DNA of 64,000 nucleotides. Source: Candidatus Cloacimonadales bacterium (GTDB lineage Bacteria; Cloacimonadota; Cloacimonadia; Cloacimonadales; JAIOQZ01). Shown here piece by piece: positions 41,915 to 51,676 of the stretch. The DNA is taken from contig OY771587.1 of assembly GCA_963674825.1 (NCBI GenBank), forward strand, positions 3,072,001 through 3,136,000, given 5' to 3'. Position numbers and translations under genes: made by a program. The stretch's first letter is position 1. Each line of letters starts with the position of its first letter. The notes beneath the pieces were generated by a model. That model ran no database searches. It saw nothing but the letters and a program-made list of their open reading frames with translations, and was not told the origin of the DNA.

Positions 41915-42030
41915 TGTGGTGGCTCTGGCGGTGAGGTTACACCTGTTCCCATCCCGAACACAGCCGTTAAGCTCACCAGCGCCGATGGTACTGCTTTGGC
42001 AACGAAGTGGGAGAGTAGGTCGCCGCCACT
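41915..42030 (+). rRNA. rrf: 5S rRNA (ends approximate)
   Basis: CACCTGTTCCCATCCCGAACACAG..GTTAAG, GCCGATGGTACTG, GGGAGAGTAGGTCGCCGCCA. Confidence 0.96.
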
Positions 42031-42152
42031 CTCATACCCTGGGGTTTTTATATATACAAAAGAAACAATTCAATAACTTCCATATTTCTGATTTCCCTTG
42101 CATTATTCGATTCAATATTATAAAAGAGCCTTTCAGACGCAAAGGAGTTCAT

Positions 42153-43547
42153 ATGAAATATCGAATCATCGCAATTATAGGTTTACTCGTTACTTACGGG
42201 TTTTGCTTCGCACAGACAGCAGAGAAATATAAAAAAGAACAAACCGAATTGTATGGCGCGAAGATCGAAATTCTAAGCCCGGAAAAATGGAATAGAAAGC
42301 TTCTGGTTATTGCGCACGGATATCGTGATCCTGGTTCACCAATTCGCGTATCGATCTATGAAGATAATTTCTCAAAGAGTCTTCTCGAAGATGGCTGGAT
42401 GATAGCCGCGACAAGCTACCGCAGAAACGGTATGATAGTTCGGGACGCGATCGAGGATCTCAAATTCCTTACAGCGCACATTGATGATAAATACGGTATT
42501 CCAGAAGAACGCTTTCTGTATGGTCGCTCGATGGGCGCAAAGATTGGCGTAATTATCGCTGAGCAGGTAGATAGTGGCTACAAAGGCGTGTTTGCTCAGT
42601 GTGCCGGGATGGGCAGCGAAGACCCTGAGAATCCGATGAAAGTCAATAACAGCCCTCTGATTCCGATCATGTTTTTTCAGAACAACACAGAGATGGAAAG
42701 ACCGCTTGATTACATCTCGAATGTGAACGACAAAGCGATCAAACCGATAATCTGGATGGTCGATCGCCCTGGGCATTGCAATACCAATGTGATGGAGAAT
42801 CTGGAAGGTTTCAGGGCTTTTCTTTCATTCTGCGAAGGTGAGAAGATTGAGGACAAGACAATTCTGATCGATATGGATTCTACCGTTGTTTCTGAGGCTA
42901 TAATTGAAGGCGATAAAATGATTCTTCCGCTGGTCAAACACTCATCCTCCTATCAATTAAATATTCGCAAAAGCGATTTTGAAAAAGTAGGGATTAAGCA
43001 TAAAAGCTGGTACAAACTTGCCTACAAGGACAAGTATTACTATGTCTACTGGGGTGATCAGTACAGCGATGTACCGTATCTCTATTGGGTCAGTTTTTTC
43101 AATGCAGATGGGACTTTCAAGCTGGCGCGTAACTTCGCGAACGCTGTTTCAATGCTCCAATATCAAGATGGAGATTTCGTGGAGATAGGCCCCATCGAAG
43201 ATGAGTTTGACATCAATAATATGTACAATCAGGAAGCGGCTGATCTGGGTGTGCAGACTTGGAACGCTGTCCTTGCCGGAGAGCCGGAAAAGGGTATCGA
43301 ACTGGGTAAGAAAGCCGTGAACATTGAGCCGGATGCCGTGTGGTTGTATGTCAACCTGATGCACGCATATCTTTTCGCCGGTCAGTACAAGATGGCAGAG
43401 AAGATTTGCATCGAGAAGAAAGGCGTACAGACGAAATGCAGGCAGGGATACTTCGAGCAGCAGGTTCTGGAAGACTTCGAGACGTTCAAGCAAAAAGATA
43501 TAACCCATCCTGATATTGAGAAGATCGCACAATTGCTACAGAAGTAG
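42153..43547 (+). CDS. Exported alpha/beta-hydrolase-fold protein with additional C-terminal domains
   Basis: Start reassigned to ATG 42153 (AAAGGAG RBS) because the track start lies across the 5S gene. Signal peptide; AHGY; nucleophile elbow GRSMG; GHC. Confidence 0.8.
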   Translation: MKYRIIAIIGLLVTYGFCFAQTAEKYKKEQTELYGAKIEILSPEKWNRKLLVIAHGYRDPGSPIRVSIYEDNFSKSLLEDGWMIAATSYRRNGMIVRDAIEDLKFLTAHIDDKYGIPEERFLYGRSMGAKIGVIIAEQVDSGYKGVFAQCAGMGSEDPENPMKVNNSPLIPIMFFQNNTEMERPLDYISNVNDKAIKPIIWMVDRPGHCNTNVMENLEGFRAFLSFCEGEKIEDKTILIDMDSTVVSEAIIEGDKMILPLVKHSSSYQLNIRKSDFEKVGIKHKSWYKLAYKDKYYYVYWGDQYSDVPYLYWVSFFNADGTFKLARNFANAVSMLQYQDGDFVEIGPIEDEFDINNMYNQEAADLGVQTWNAVLAGEPEKGIELGKKAVNIEPDAVWLYVNLMHAYLFAGQYKMAEKICIEKKGVQTKCRQGYFEQQVLEDFETFKQKDITHPDIEKIAQLLQK

Positions 43548-43605
43548 TTGACGTATTTTATGCATTGACCAGGATTCACCAAAGAAAGTTTTGCATGGAG
43601 TTAAT

Positions 43606-44310
43606 ATGCATGAGATCTGGACGATTGTACTATATGCATTATTGTCTGGCATAACCGTCATTATTGGTGGCCTGGTCGCGTATTTCTTCAGGTTACGTGA
43701 TAAACACATTAAACTGGAGATTCTACATTGGACGATCGCGTTTGGTGGAGGCGTTCTTCTGGGTGCGATATCCTTTGCGCTGGTTCCCAAAGCGCTCTCT
43801 CTGCTGAGTGTGTCGTGGTTGATTGTCTTGATGGTCGGTGGTACGTTTTCTTTCATGGCGTTTGACTGGTTTCTCAGCAAACTCAAAGGATCCATGGCTC
43901 AGCTGATGGGCATGATGATGGACTACCTTCCAGAATCGCTAGCGTTAGGCGCGTCGTTTGCGCACGATCATTCGTTTGGCCTGTTGCTGGCTGTGTTTAT
44001 CGGACTCCAGAATCTCCCCGAAGGATTCAATACTTATGGAGAGCTACGTAAGATATGGAGCGTGCGCAAGACTCTTTCCGTCATGTTAGCGCTGAGCTTC
44101 ACCGGAATTATTGCAGCGCTTCTGGGATACGGATTTCTCTCTGATATGCCGAACACGATCGCCGGAATCATGCTTTTCGCCGCTGGTGGGATTCTCTACC
44201 TTATTTTTCAAGATATTGCGCCACTAGCGAAATTCAGGGGGGCCTGGCTTCCTGCATCGGGTGCGAGCATCGGATATCTCGTGGGTATGTTGGGCGAAAA
44301 GCTGCTGTAA
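43606..44310 (+). CDS. ZIP/ZupT-family divalent metal transporter
   Basis: Motifs AFGGGVLLGA, DYLPESLALG, IGLQNLPEGF, FAAGGILYL. Confidence 0.85.
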   Translation: MHEIWTIVLYALLSGITVIIGGLVAYFFRLRDKHIKLEILHWTIAFGGGVLLGAISFALVPKALSLLSVSWLIVLMVGGTFSFMAFDWFLSKLKGSMAQLMGMMMDYLPESLALGASFAHDHSFGLLLAVFIGLQNLPEGFNTYGELRKIWSVRKTLSVMLALSFTGIIAALLGYGFLSDMPNTIAGIMLFAAGGILYLIFQDIAPLAKFRGAWLPASGASIGYLVGMLGEKLL

Positions 44311-44395
44311 GTCAGACGGCGTGGTCGGATTAACGAAGAAAAAACTTTACAAATAGCACTCAGAAAATATTGTATCTGAAAAGAGGGAGAGGATT

Positions 44396-44533
44396 ATGGA
44401 TATTGTCGGCCTGTTTGTACCGCTGATGAAGGTGAGCGTTTTGCTCTTTTCGATCAGTATGCTGTTTCTGATCCTCAACAGTATCAATGAGATCGGCAAT
44501 GTTCACGGTAAAGTTGTCAAGAAGAAGAAATAG
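44396..44533 (+). CDS. Small single-TM protein (45 aa)
   Basis: Below the track cutoff. GAGAGG RBS; MDIVGLFVPLMKVSVLLFSISMLFLILNSINEIGNVHGKVVKKKK. Confidence 0.55.
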   Translation: MDIVGLFVPLMKVSVLLFSISMLFLILNSINEIGNVHGKVVKKKK

Positions 44534-44545
44534 AGGAGATACACG

Positions 44546-44695
44546 ATGAAGAAATTTCTGAAATTCCTGGTTGTTTTTTCTGCAATATTCGCTGCATTGT
44601 ACGTCATTAAAAAGCACTTTTTCGACCTCTGCGAGGAAGAAGACTGGGATATTCCTGAAGAGCCGGAAGACTTCGAGGAAGAAGAAACCGAGTAA
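44546..44695 (+). CDS. Small single-TM protein with acidic tail (49 aa)
   Basis: Below the track cutoff. AGAGGAG RBS; MKKFLKFLVVFSAIFAALYVIKKHFFDLCEEEDWDIPEEPEDFEEEETE. Confidence 0.65.
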   Translation: MKKFLKFLVVFSAIFAALYVIKKHFFDLCEEEDWDIPEEPEDFEEEETE

Positions 44696-44869
44696 ATCCC
44701 CTCTAACTGCAATGACTTCTCTAGCGGTTAATAAACGAACCGCATAACCTTTATGTGTCAAGGCTTCAGGGCTATATACACTTCCACGTGAATAAGGGCA
44801 TATTTATTCTTGACAATTTCATTCGACACTTGCTTTTGATTATTGAATGGTTTGAAAAAGGGGTTCGTA

Positions 44870-45178
44870 ATGGTAAATCCTACGATCGTAAATCGATTTT
44901 TCACTGTAGTTGCATATATTTTTCTGATCGCCGGCGTTGTCGGGTTCTTTTATTTCTTTATTACGTATCTGATAGATACGGATCTGGATTACAATTTCTT
45001 CCTGAGCCTTATCTCGGTAATCCTCGGGTTTGCACTTTTTGTGATTTACAAGCGAGTGGCCGACTTGGGCTTCAATCGCTTTATCAGCCAGTTGAGTACG
45101 CTCAACACTGAGCCAACAACCTATATTCGTGGTAACGGCGAGAAGAAAAACGAATCTGAAGAAGAAACGAATAAATAA
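44870..45178 (+). CDS. Small two-TM hypothetical protein
   Basis: Two hydrophobic segments; AAGGGG RBS before ATG 44870. Confidence 0.65.
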   Translation: MVNPTIVNRFFTVVAYIFLIAGVVGFFYFFITYLIDTDLDYNFFLSLISVILGFALFVIYKRVADLGFNRFISQLSTLNTEPTTYIRGNGEKKNESEEETNK

Positions 45179-45220
45179 TCAATTGCAATTCTCAATAATA
45201 AAAAAACCACATCTGGAGGT

Positions 45221-45856
45221 GTGATGAAAAAGTTTGCAATAGGATGCGGTGTCGTCCTTGTTATCCTGATCATTATCGGTATATCGATTTTTGTCTGGGG
45301 CAAAAACACATATAACAGTCTGGTGGGGCTTGACGAAGATGTCAAAGCCAAGTGGAGCCAGGTGGAGAATGTATATCAGCGTCGTCTCGATCTGATCCCG
45401 AATCTGGTTGCGACCGTTCAGGGTTACGCCATTCACGAGCAGGAAACACTCACAGCGGTTACCGAAGCCAGATCTAAGGCCGGCGGAACCATCCAAGCAG
45501 GTGCAGACGTCCTGAACAACCCCGAAGCGTTCCAGAAGTTTCAGGCGGCACAAAGCTCATTGTCCGGCGCACTTTCCCGCTTGATGGTCGTGGTGGAAAA
45601 GTACCCCGATCTGAAGGCAAACGAGAATTTCCTCGCGTTGCAGAGTCAGCTCGAAGGAACCGAGAATCGCATCACGGTCGAAAGACAGCGTTTCAACGAG
45701 ACTGCTCGTCTTTACAACACTACCATCAAACGTTTCCCGGGTGTCTTCATTGCTAATATGTTTGGCTTCAACGAAAGGCCGTATTTCGAAGCACAGCAGG
45801 GTGCCGACCAGACTCCGAATGTGCAGGAATTGATGGATAAGGCGAAAGGAAAATGA
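45221..45856 (+). CDS. lemA: LemA family protein
   Basis: Motifs YNSLV, WSQVENVYQRRLDLIPNLV, EKYPDLKANENF, LEGTENRI. Confidence 0.95.
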   Translation: MMKKFAIGCGVVLVILIIIGISIFVWGKNTYNSLVGLDEDVKAKWSQVENVYQRRLDLIPNLVATVQGYAIHEQETLTAVTEARSKAGGTIQAGADVLNNPEAFQKFQAAQSSLSGALSRLMVVVEKYPDLKANENFLALQSQLEGTENRITVERQRFNETARLYNTTIKRFPGVFIANMFGFNERPYFEAQQGADQTPNVQELMDKAKGK

Positions 45857-46533
45857 TAAGACTGAAACAGGAAGAACTCGATCGGATCAGCCACGCGGTA
45901 GAAAAAGCAGAGAAAAAGACCTCCGGTGAGATTGCCCTTGCGATGATCCCGCAAAGTGACAGCTACGCCGTGTTCGAATTGATGGCGGCGGTCCTCTGTG
46001 GCTTTGTGTGGTTTGTTGCGCTTCTCTTCTGGATTAACCCGATCAGCGAGTGGTTGAGTGGTCTTTTCTGGGGAACAGGCTCTGATACAAGCGTTTATCC
46101 GATCGTCATGCTGTATGGATTCAGCAGCTTCCTGATTATTTCCATTATCTACGCAATCGCGAATATCCCAGTTCTAGACAGGATTGTCGTGCCGCGTAAA
46201 TTCCGTGAAATCAAAGTCCGTGAACGTGCCCAGCGCGAATTCCTTGATTCGGGTGTTTATGATACCCGTGACCGCACCGGTATTCTGATCTTCATTTCCC
46301 TGCTCGAGCACAGGGTGGAGCTCATCGCCGATAAAGGTATCGCGGAGAAGATCGAGCAGAAAGAATGGGACTCGATCGTACAGGTGATCGTTGATGGAAT
46401 TAGACGCAAACGCCTTGCAGAATCGCTATGTGAGGCGGTTTCAATGTGTGGTAATCTCCTGGTGAAGCATTTCCCCATCAAGGACGACGACACCAACGAA
46501 CTGACCAACCATATCAATATCCTGGAGCGCTAA
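45853..46533 (+). CDS. TPM-domain membrane protein
   Basis: Motifs AEKKTSGEI, TRDRTGILIFISLLEHRVELIADKGI, NEL; usual lemA neighbour. Confidence 0.88.
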   Translation: MIRLKQEELDRISHAVEKAEKKTSGEIALAMIPQSDSYAVFELMAAVLCGFVWFVALLFWINPISEWLSGLFWGTGSDTSVYPIVMLYGFSSFLIISIIYAIANIPVLDRIVVPRKFREIKVRERAQREFLDSGVYDTRDRTGILIFISLLEHRVELIADKGIAEKIEQKEWDSIVQVIVDGIRRKRLAESLCEAVSMCGNLLVKHFPIKDDDTNELTNHINILER

Positions 46534-46534
46534 G

Positions 46535-47293
46535 ATGAAACGGACACTGAGTATATTCCTCTTGCTGGCGCTTCTGATTCCACTTTTCGGATTGCAAGTA
46601 CCTAAACAGAGCGGCAACGCAGTCAATGATTACGCGAACCTCTTCACGTCAACGCAACGCAACCAGCTTGAATCGAAACTACGTGAGATCGAACGGAAGA
46701 CATCATCGCAAGTCGCGATCCTGACCGTGAAAACCCTTAATGGTGAACCAATCGAGAGCTATTCGATCAAGGTCGCAGATCAGTGGAAGCTGGGTACGAA
46801 AGGCAAGGACAACGGCGTTCTGGTCGTTGTATCGAAGAACGAACGCAAGGTGCGTATCGAGGTGGGATATGGGCTGGAGCCTGTTATCACCGATCTCGAA
46901 GCACATTACATCATCAATAAAACCATTATCCCCGAATTTCGCAAAGGTAACTATTTTCAGGGACTCTATACGGCTTCCGAGCAACTCGGTGGCCTCATCT
47001 CCAAAGAATTCCAGATCAGTCCCGACGAATTGAAAAAAGCGCAGAAATCGACTGAACGCACGAAGCGAACGCATATACCTGTGGGGTTGATCGTGTTCGT
47101 TATCTTTATCCTCTTTGGCGGACTTCGTCGTGGACGGCGCGGAAGCGGTCTGCTCTGGCTGCTGCTTCTGAGCGGCGGTCATTCAGGTGGATCATCTCGC
47201 GGTTCTGGCGGTAGCGGCTTTGGCGGAGGAGGCGGTGGCTTCTTCGGCGGTGGCGGCGGCTTTGGGGGCGGAGGCGCAAGCGGAAGCTGGTAA
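46535..47293 (+). CDS. TPM-domain (YgcG-like) protein with Gly-rich tail
   Basis: Motifs VNDYA, KDNGVL, RIEVGYGLE; tail GGGFGGGGASGSW. Confidence 0.92.
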   Translation: MKRTLSIFLLLALLIPLFGLQVPKQSGNAVNDYANLFTSTQRNQLESKLREIERKTSSQVAILTVKTLNGEPIESYSIKVADQWKLGTKGKDNGVLVVVSKNERKVRIEVGYGLEPVITDLEAHYIINKTIIPEFRKGNYFQGLYTASEQLGGLISKEFQISPDELKKAQKSTERTKRTHIPVGLIVFVIFILFGGLRRGRRGSGLLWLLLLSGGHSGGSSRGSGGSGFGGGGGGFFGGGGGFGGGGASGSW

Positions 47294-47308
47294 CAACTGG
47301 AGGCAGGT

Positions 47309-47743
47309 ATGTTTCTATCCCTTCTCCTGATGACCTTCTTCATCTCGATCGTCGTATGCAACATCTGCGTTTTGATTTTTTCCAAGCCACTCAAGATGAT
47401 TCTTCAGCGGTTGATCAACGAGGATATCTACACAGCATGGCTGCGCTACATCAAGTTCGCCATCTACATCGTTGGTATCTCGGCGGGTGTCCGTATCAAT
47501 AGCATCGAGCAGTACATCAATCCATCCCATTATCTTGAGCACAGCAAAGTGATACCGCTGACTTATTCGCGTCTTTTCCTGGAAGTCTATCGGACGGTGA
47601 TCGGCGCATTGGCTGGAATTGCGTGGTTACTGCTGGTGTTCTTTATCTTTGCGCTGGTTGCTTATGTGATTACGAAAGCGTTCGAGTTGCGAGGTGTAAA
47701 AATCGCTTCGAAGCAGATCAGTCCAGTATCCACTCAAAAATAA
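47309..47743 (+). CDS. Hypothetical membrane protein
   Basis: Three hydrophobic segments; GGAGG RBS. Confidence 0.75.
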   Translation: MFLSLLLMTFFISIVVCNICVLIFSKPLKMILQRLINEDIYTAWLRYIKFAIYIVGISAGVRINSIEQYINPSHYLEHSKVIPLTYSRLFLEVYRTVIGALAGIAWLLLVFFIFALVAYVITKAFELRGVKIASKQISPVSTQK

Positions 47744-48464
47744 CCGGTGCAGGCAGAAAGAGAACGCGATCGATTAGCTGCATAGCGTCCTGATCGACGG
47801 AGCCATTTCCAGAATATTTCAGCTTCATCTGATAGTCTTTGTGTTTTTCGAGAAGAGGATGGCGGTAATCGATGGATGCCAGATTTCCGTGCGCACTATA
47901 GTGATAGATCAGATATCCTGCGGGATCGTCGTAATTATCCACTTTGAAAATCGCAGCCGCTGTACGTCTTTCTGTTGCGATATATTCGTATTCGATATCG
48001 AGTGTTGGTAATGGAGTTGAGCCCATATTGTCGTTGTTACTGGTTGTTACCACAACCGTTCTCCGAGGTGGCTTGCCGTTTGTGTCCAAAAATCGCACAA
48101 TCGAGAAGTCCGAATCACCATTGAATGTAACTTTCGCAGGATCAATTCCCTCATACTCATATATCGCGTTGAAGCTGCGTGAGAGAAGCGTCCAGTTCAC
48201 CTTTGTCAATTGCTCGTTGAAATCCGGCATCATGATCAGAATCAGTTTGTCACCGGTATCGAAAAATCTGATATCACTCAGAGTGGTTCCGGTGTAGTTC
48301 AGCGTAGCGTAACCTATCTTCATGCCGTCAGCAAATGCTTCAAAGCTCACAGGATGGACTTTGCTTGTCGATTTCGGCTCGGGTTGCTGACCATTGCCGT
48401 TTTTTTTACAGGAAAATACCGACAGTACGGCCAGGATCATGAATATCGGGATTGCTCTTCTCAT
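47718..48464 (-). CDS. Hypothetical lipoprotein
   Basis: Start ATG 48464 (GGAG RBS); MRRAIPIFMILAVLSVFSC lipobox. Confidence 0.7.
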   Translation of the reverse strand: MRRAIPIFMILAVLSVFSCKKNGNGQQPEPKSTSKVHPVSFEAFADGMKIGYATLNYTGTTLSDIRFFDTGDKLILIMMPDFNEQLTKVNWTLLSRSFNAIYEYEGIDPAKVTFNGDSDFSIVRFLDTNGKPPRRTVVVTTSNNDNMGSTPLPTLDIEYEYIATERRTAAAIFKVDNYDDPAGYLIYHYSAHGNLASIDYRHPLLEKHKDYQMKLKYSGNGSVDQDAMQLIDRVLFLPAPVIFEWILD

Positions 48465-48549
48465 TTGTGACTCCATTTCATTCTCAAGCGACAATGTGAC
48501 GTATGATAAAACTGGATGCAAGGTAATTCTTGAACTAAAGGTTATTCAC

Positions 48550-48588
48550 AAAAGAAAGAGCCCCCTCCACAAATCGCAAAGGGGGCTT
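48550..48588 (-). terminator. Intrinsic terminator of the M14 gene
   Basis: AGCCCCCT/AGGGGGCT stem with T-rich tract on the minus strand. Confidence 0.7.
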
Positions 48589-48595
48589 CGAAGGT

Positions 48596-51500
48596 TTATT
48601 TCAACAGCAGCGCTTTCCGATTTTCGGTAAGGTTGCCGGCTTTGAAGCGATAGAGGTAAATGCCGGATGCAACAGGCTGTTCCCGGTCGTCCGTTCCGTT
48701 CCAGGTAACCTGATGATTACCTGCGCTGAACGATTCAGCAACCAGCTTTTTGACCCGTTGTCCCCTGATATTATAGATCGTGATTTCAACATCGGTTTTC
48801 TTGGATAGTGAGAACCGGATGCTCGTGGTTGGGTTGAATGGGTTAGGGTAGTTTCCAAAGAGCTGATCGGTGAACATTGGCGGTTCGTCAGCACTGGATG
48901 GATCCATATCGACGATGTATTCAACAGAGTTGGAGTTAACGTCCAGCATGAAGGTGAAGCTCTCCGCCTGACCCTGTGTTGTATATGGGATGCGTAGGAA
49001 GGTTCCGTCAAAGCCATCGGTTGACATGATCGACAGCGTCGAGATCACATCGCCAATATATTCTGCGGATTCAACGTTTTCGGCCAGTATCTCGGGCTGT
49101 CCGGGGAATACGTTTTCGGTTGCCCAGCAGGTGAGGTCGAACCCGATGATATCGGAATCGTTTTCCGTGCTGAAGACGAAGAAGTCGTCGGTTACCGTGA
49201 TCGTGACCTCAGCCGGTGTGACAGTCATATCAGGATCGTTGACCGGGAATTCATCGATAGTGCCGTCAATGTACTGTTGAAGAAGTGCCGCATCGCAAGA
49301 TTTGACCAATCCATTACCATCCACATCAGCTGTGACAGCGCGGAAATCTTCCCACGGGCGCGGATCGATCGATTCGAGCGGATCGAGTCCGGCAGCGTAT
49401 TGCATGATGTAGAGCGCATCGTCTTCGGTCAGTGTGCCCGATTCATCGACATCTCCGTATGTGATATTCAGATCCTGATCCCGGAAGATCTTGAAATCGT
49501 CGAAGTAGAATCCGTCATCGGTTACATACGTATCTGAAGAGAAGTAGAACTGCATCGACACATTGCTCTGACCGATATAGTCGGAGAGATTGTATTCGTA
49601 ATAATCCCAATCGACATTGCCGGTGAATGAATCGAATGTCACGTACGAACCATCTTCGCCGTAGACGCGGAGGTAAACGAAGTCATAGTCGGGTTCGGTA
49701 GCTACTTTCGCATAGAAAGAGAAGCTTGCAGACGTTGCATCGGATAGGTCCACCGTCTCAGAGAAGTTGCAATAGCTATTCGTATAATTGTTGTATTGCC
49801 CATTTGGGGAATCTGTGATAGACTGTGTTGGGCTGTAAAATGATGATGATGTGTAACCCCAGCTTCCGGTGAAGTCCCAGTAGTTCGTGGTGCTTTCCAT
49901 ATCGTCATACAGGTATGCCTGATACAGGAACAATTGCTGGTTGTTGACGTAATTCAGGTCGATTTCCCGTGTCGTCAGACCAAATCCATCCGCTGCGGCA
50001 GTGACTGTGAAGGTGCCTTTTGCAACGCCATCAAAGCTGAACTCACCGTTGGCATCCGTAATGACCGGTTCGAATGGAGTTCCGTGCAGTGTAACTTCTG
50101 CCCCTGCTACAGGAGCGAAAGTCTGGCCGCTACGCACGATCCCGTGAAAGTCGGTAGTGGTGGAAGGAACCAGAGAGACATCGTTCGTGACCACCTCGTT
50201 ATCGTTTACCACGATAACTTGCGTAACAGGCTGATAGCCATAGACGGAATATGTCACGTTGTATGCGCCGGGCATGACCATACGATAGTATCTACCAAAC
50301 TCTTCGTCGCTCTTGTAGGGATCGCGATATTCGCCGGTGTTGTCGATACCATCGATGAAGATTTCGCCAACCATGGGTTGGCCTGTATTTGCATCGGTGA
50401 TGATTCCGGTAATGGTATTGTAGTCGATACGATGGAGGAGCTCCAGCGCGCCGGGAAGGTTGTCGTTGCATATCCCTGGGATTTCGCTGGCTGAAGGGAT
50501 GAACTCGGTAGCCATCTCGACGGTGTAGCCGAAGATACCATGTACACCATAAGCCCAGTCATCAAGACCACCCATTGTGGGGTAGAGGACATAGGAATAC
50601 TGCGGTGTATAGTGGCCGTAACCAACTGCGTCGATGTTCTCTGCTACGTTTTCGCAGAGGTCCATAATCGCGTCTGCGTCAGGAGGATAGATGTCATTTC
50701 CATAGCCGTATGGTGCAAGGACAAGCTCGCCATGGGTATGGTAGCTGATTCCTGCGACGAAATGCCGGGAGTTGATAAGATCTCGTACTGCCTGGGTTTC
50801 CGGTTCGGAGAATTCTTCCGGTCCGTGGTACGTGGAGCCGTTCGGGTTATCGGTCGAGCCGACGTTACCCCATGCAAAGCCGTAGTTACGGTTGAGATCG
50901 ACTCCGTCGTCGCCGGTTCCAGTTTCATAATCACTGTTGAAATTGTGATTGTTGTTGTTATCCCGAATGTTTTTTCTCCACCAGATATCGGTCTGATCGA
51001 GAACAATCTTAGCACCATTGGGGTTCACGCGGGGGACAAACCAGATTTCTTTGGTGTCAACATCGTTGGTAATCTGATCGTCAATTCCGTAGTTGGTAAG
51101 GATGTAATCTAAAACAGTCATGCATACTTCAGTGCTGATCGGCTCGCGCGAATGATGCGCACCAAGGTAATAGATCGCCGGCTCGTCTTCGCTTTCGTTG
51201 ACGTTATCGGAAACTTTCATTGCCCAAATCTCATGCTGGAAATCGTCGTAATAGCTGTAGCCATCCTGCGCATATTCGATACCCCAACTATCACCAATGT
51301 CATAAAGCTGGCAGATTTCAGGATAGTCGTTGGCGTATTGCTCGAGGTCGGCAACCAATTCATCGTATTCACGATAACCCGCAATGGGACGGCCTTCAGC
51401 AGCGTTAAGATCTTCGATGACCTCTGCCTCGGTCTTCTCGATGCGGATGTTGAAGCCACGACTTTGCAGCTCATTGTATTGCTCTCTGGTAGCTACGATA

Positions 51501-51676
51501 TCGATGTAATCCGTGGTGTTTCCACCAGCTATGTCGTAGTCATTCTTCTGCAGGTATTCAATCTTGCCAGCATCAGGTTGAACGATGCGAGCGACAAATT
51601 TCTCGATTGCGGTTAATGATGTAAAGATGCCTGCAATGAGCAGGATCAATAACAGGTTGCGGAATAAATGGATCAT
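48596..51676 (-). CDS. M14 zinc carboxypeptidase with carboxypeptidase-regulatory-like domains, beta-sandwich, dockerin-like module and FlgD-Ig/T9SS-like C-terminus
   Basis: Zn motifs HSRE and SYH; WRKN; GVDLNRNY; FSEPET; GDVD...ADVDGNG duplicated loops; NYPNPFNP...KALLLK. Confidence 0.92.
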   Translation of the reverse strand: MIHLFRNLLLILLIAGIFTSLTAIEKFVARIVQPDAGKIEYLQKNDYDIAGGNTTDYIDIVATREQYNELQSRGFNIRIEKTEAEVIEDLNAAEGRPIAGYREYDELVADLEQYANDYPEICQLYDIGDSWGIEYAQDGYSYYDDFQHEIWAMKVSDNVNESEDEPAIYYLGAHHSREPISTEVCMTVLDYILTNYGIDDQITNDVDTKEIWFVPRVNPNGAKIVLDQTDIWWRKNIRDNNNNHNFNSDYETGTGDDGVDLNRNYGFAWGNVGSTDNPNGSTYHGPEEFSEPETQAVRDLINSRHFVAGISYHTHGELVLAPYGYGNDIYPPDADAIMDLCENVAENIDAVGYGHYTPQYSYVLYPTMGGLDDWAYGVHGIFGYTVEMATEFIPSASEIPGICNDNLPGALELLHRIDYNTITGIITDANTGQPMVGEIFIDGIDNTGEYRDPYKSDEEFGRYYRMVMPGAYNVTYSVYGYQPVTQVIVVNDNEVVTNDVSLVPSTTTDFHGIVRSGQTFAPVAGAEVTLHGTPFEPVITDANGEFSFDGVAKGTFTVTAAADGFGLTTREIDLNYVNNQQLFLYQAYLYDDMESTTNYWDFTGSWGYTSSSFYSPTQSITDSPNGQYNNYTNSYCNFSETVDLSDATSASFSFYAKVATEPDYDFVYLRVYGEDGSYVTFDSFTGNVDWDYYEYNLSDYIGQSNVSMQFYFSSDTYVTDDGFYFDDFKIFRDQDLNITYGDVDESGTLTEDDALYIMQYAAGLDPLESIDPRPWEDFRAVTADVDGNGLVKSCDAALLQQYIDGTIDEFPVNDPDMTVTPAEVTITVTDDFFVFSTENDSDIIGFDLTCWATENVFPGQPEILAENVESAEYIGDVISTLSIMSTDGFDGTFLRIPYTTQGQAESFTFMLDVNSNSVEYIVDMDPSSADEPPMFTDQLFGNYPNPFNPTTSIRFSLSKKTDVEITIYNIRGQRVKKLVAESFSAGNHQVTWNGTDDREQPVASGIYLYRFKAGNLTENRKALLLK

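Noticed and set aside
41895..42152. Track's N-terminal extension of the hydrolase ORF
   Set aside because: It runs through the 5S rRNA gene; the RBS and signal peptide start at 42153.
47170..47293. GGC-rich low-complexity tract
   Set aside because: It encodes the normal Gly-rich tail of TPM/YgcG proteins.
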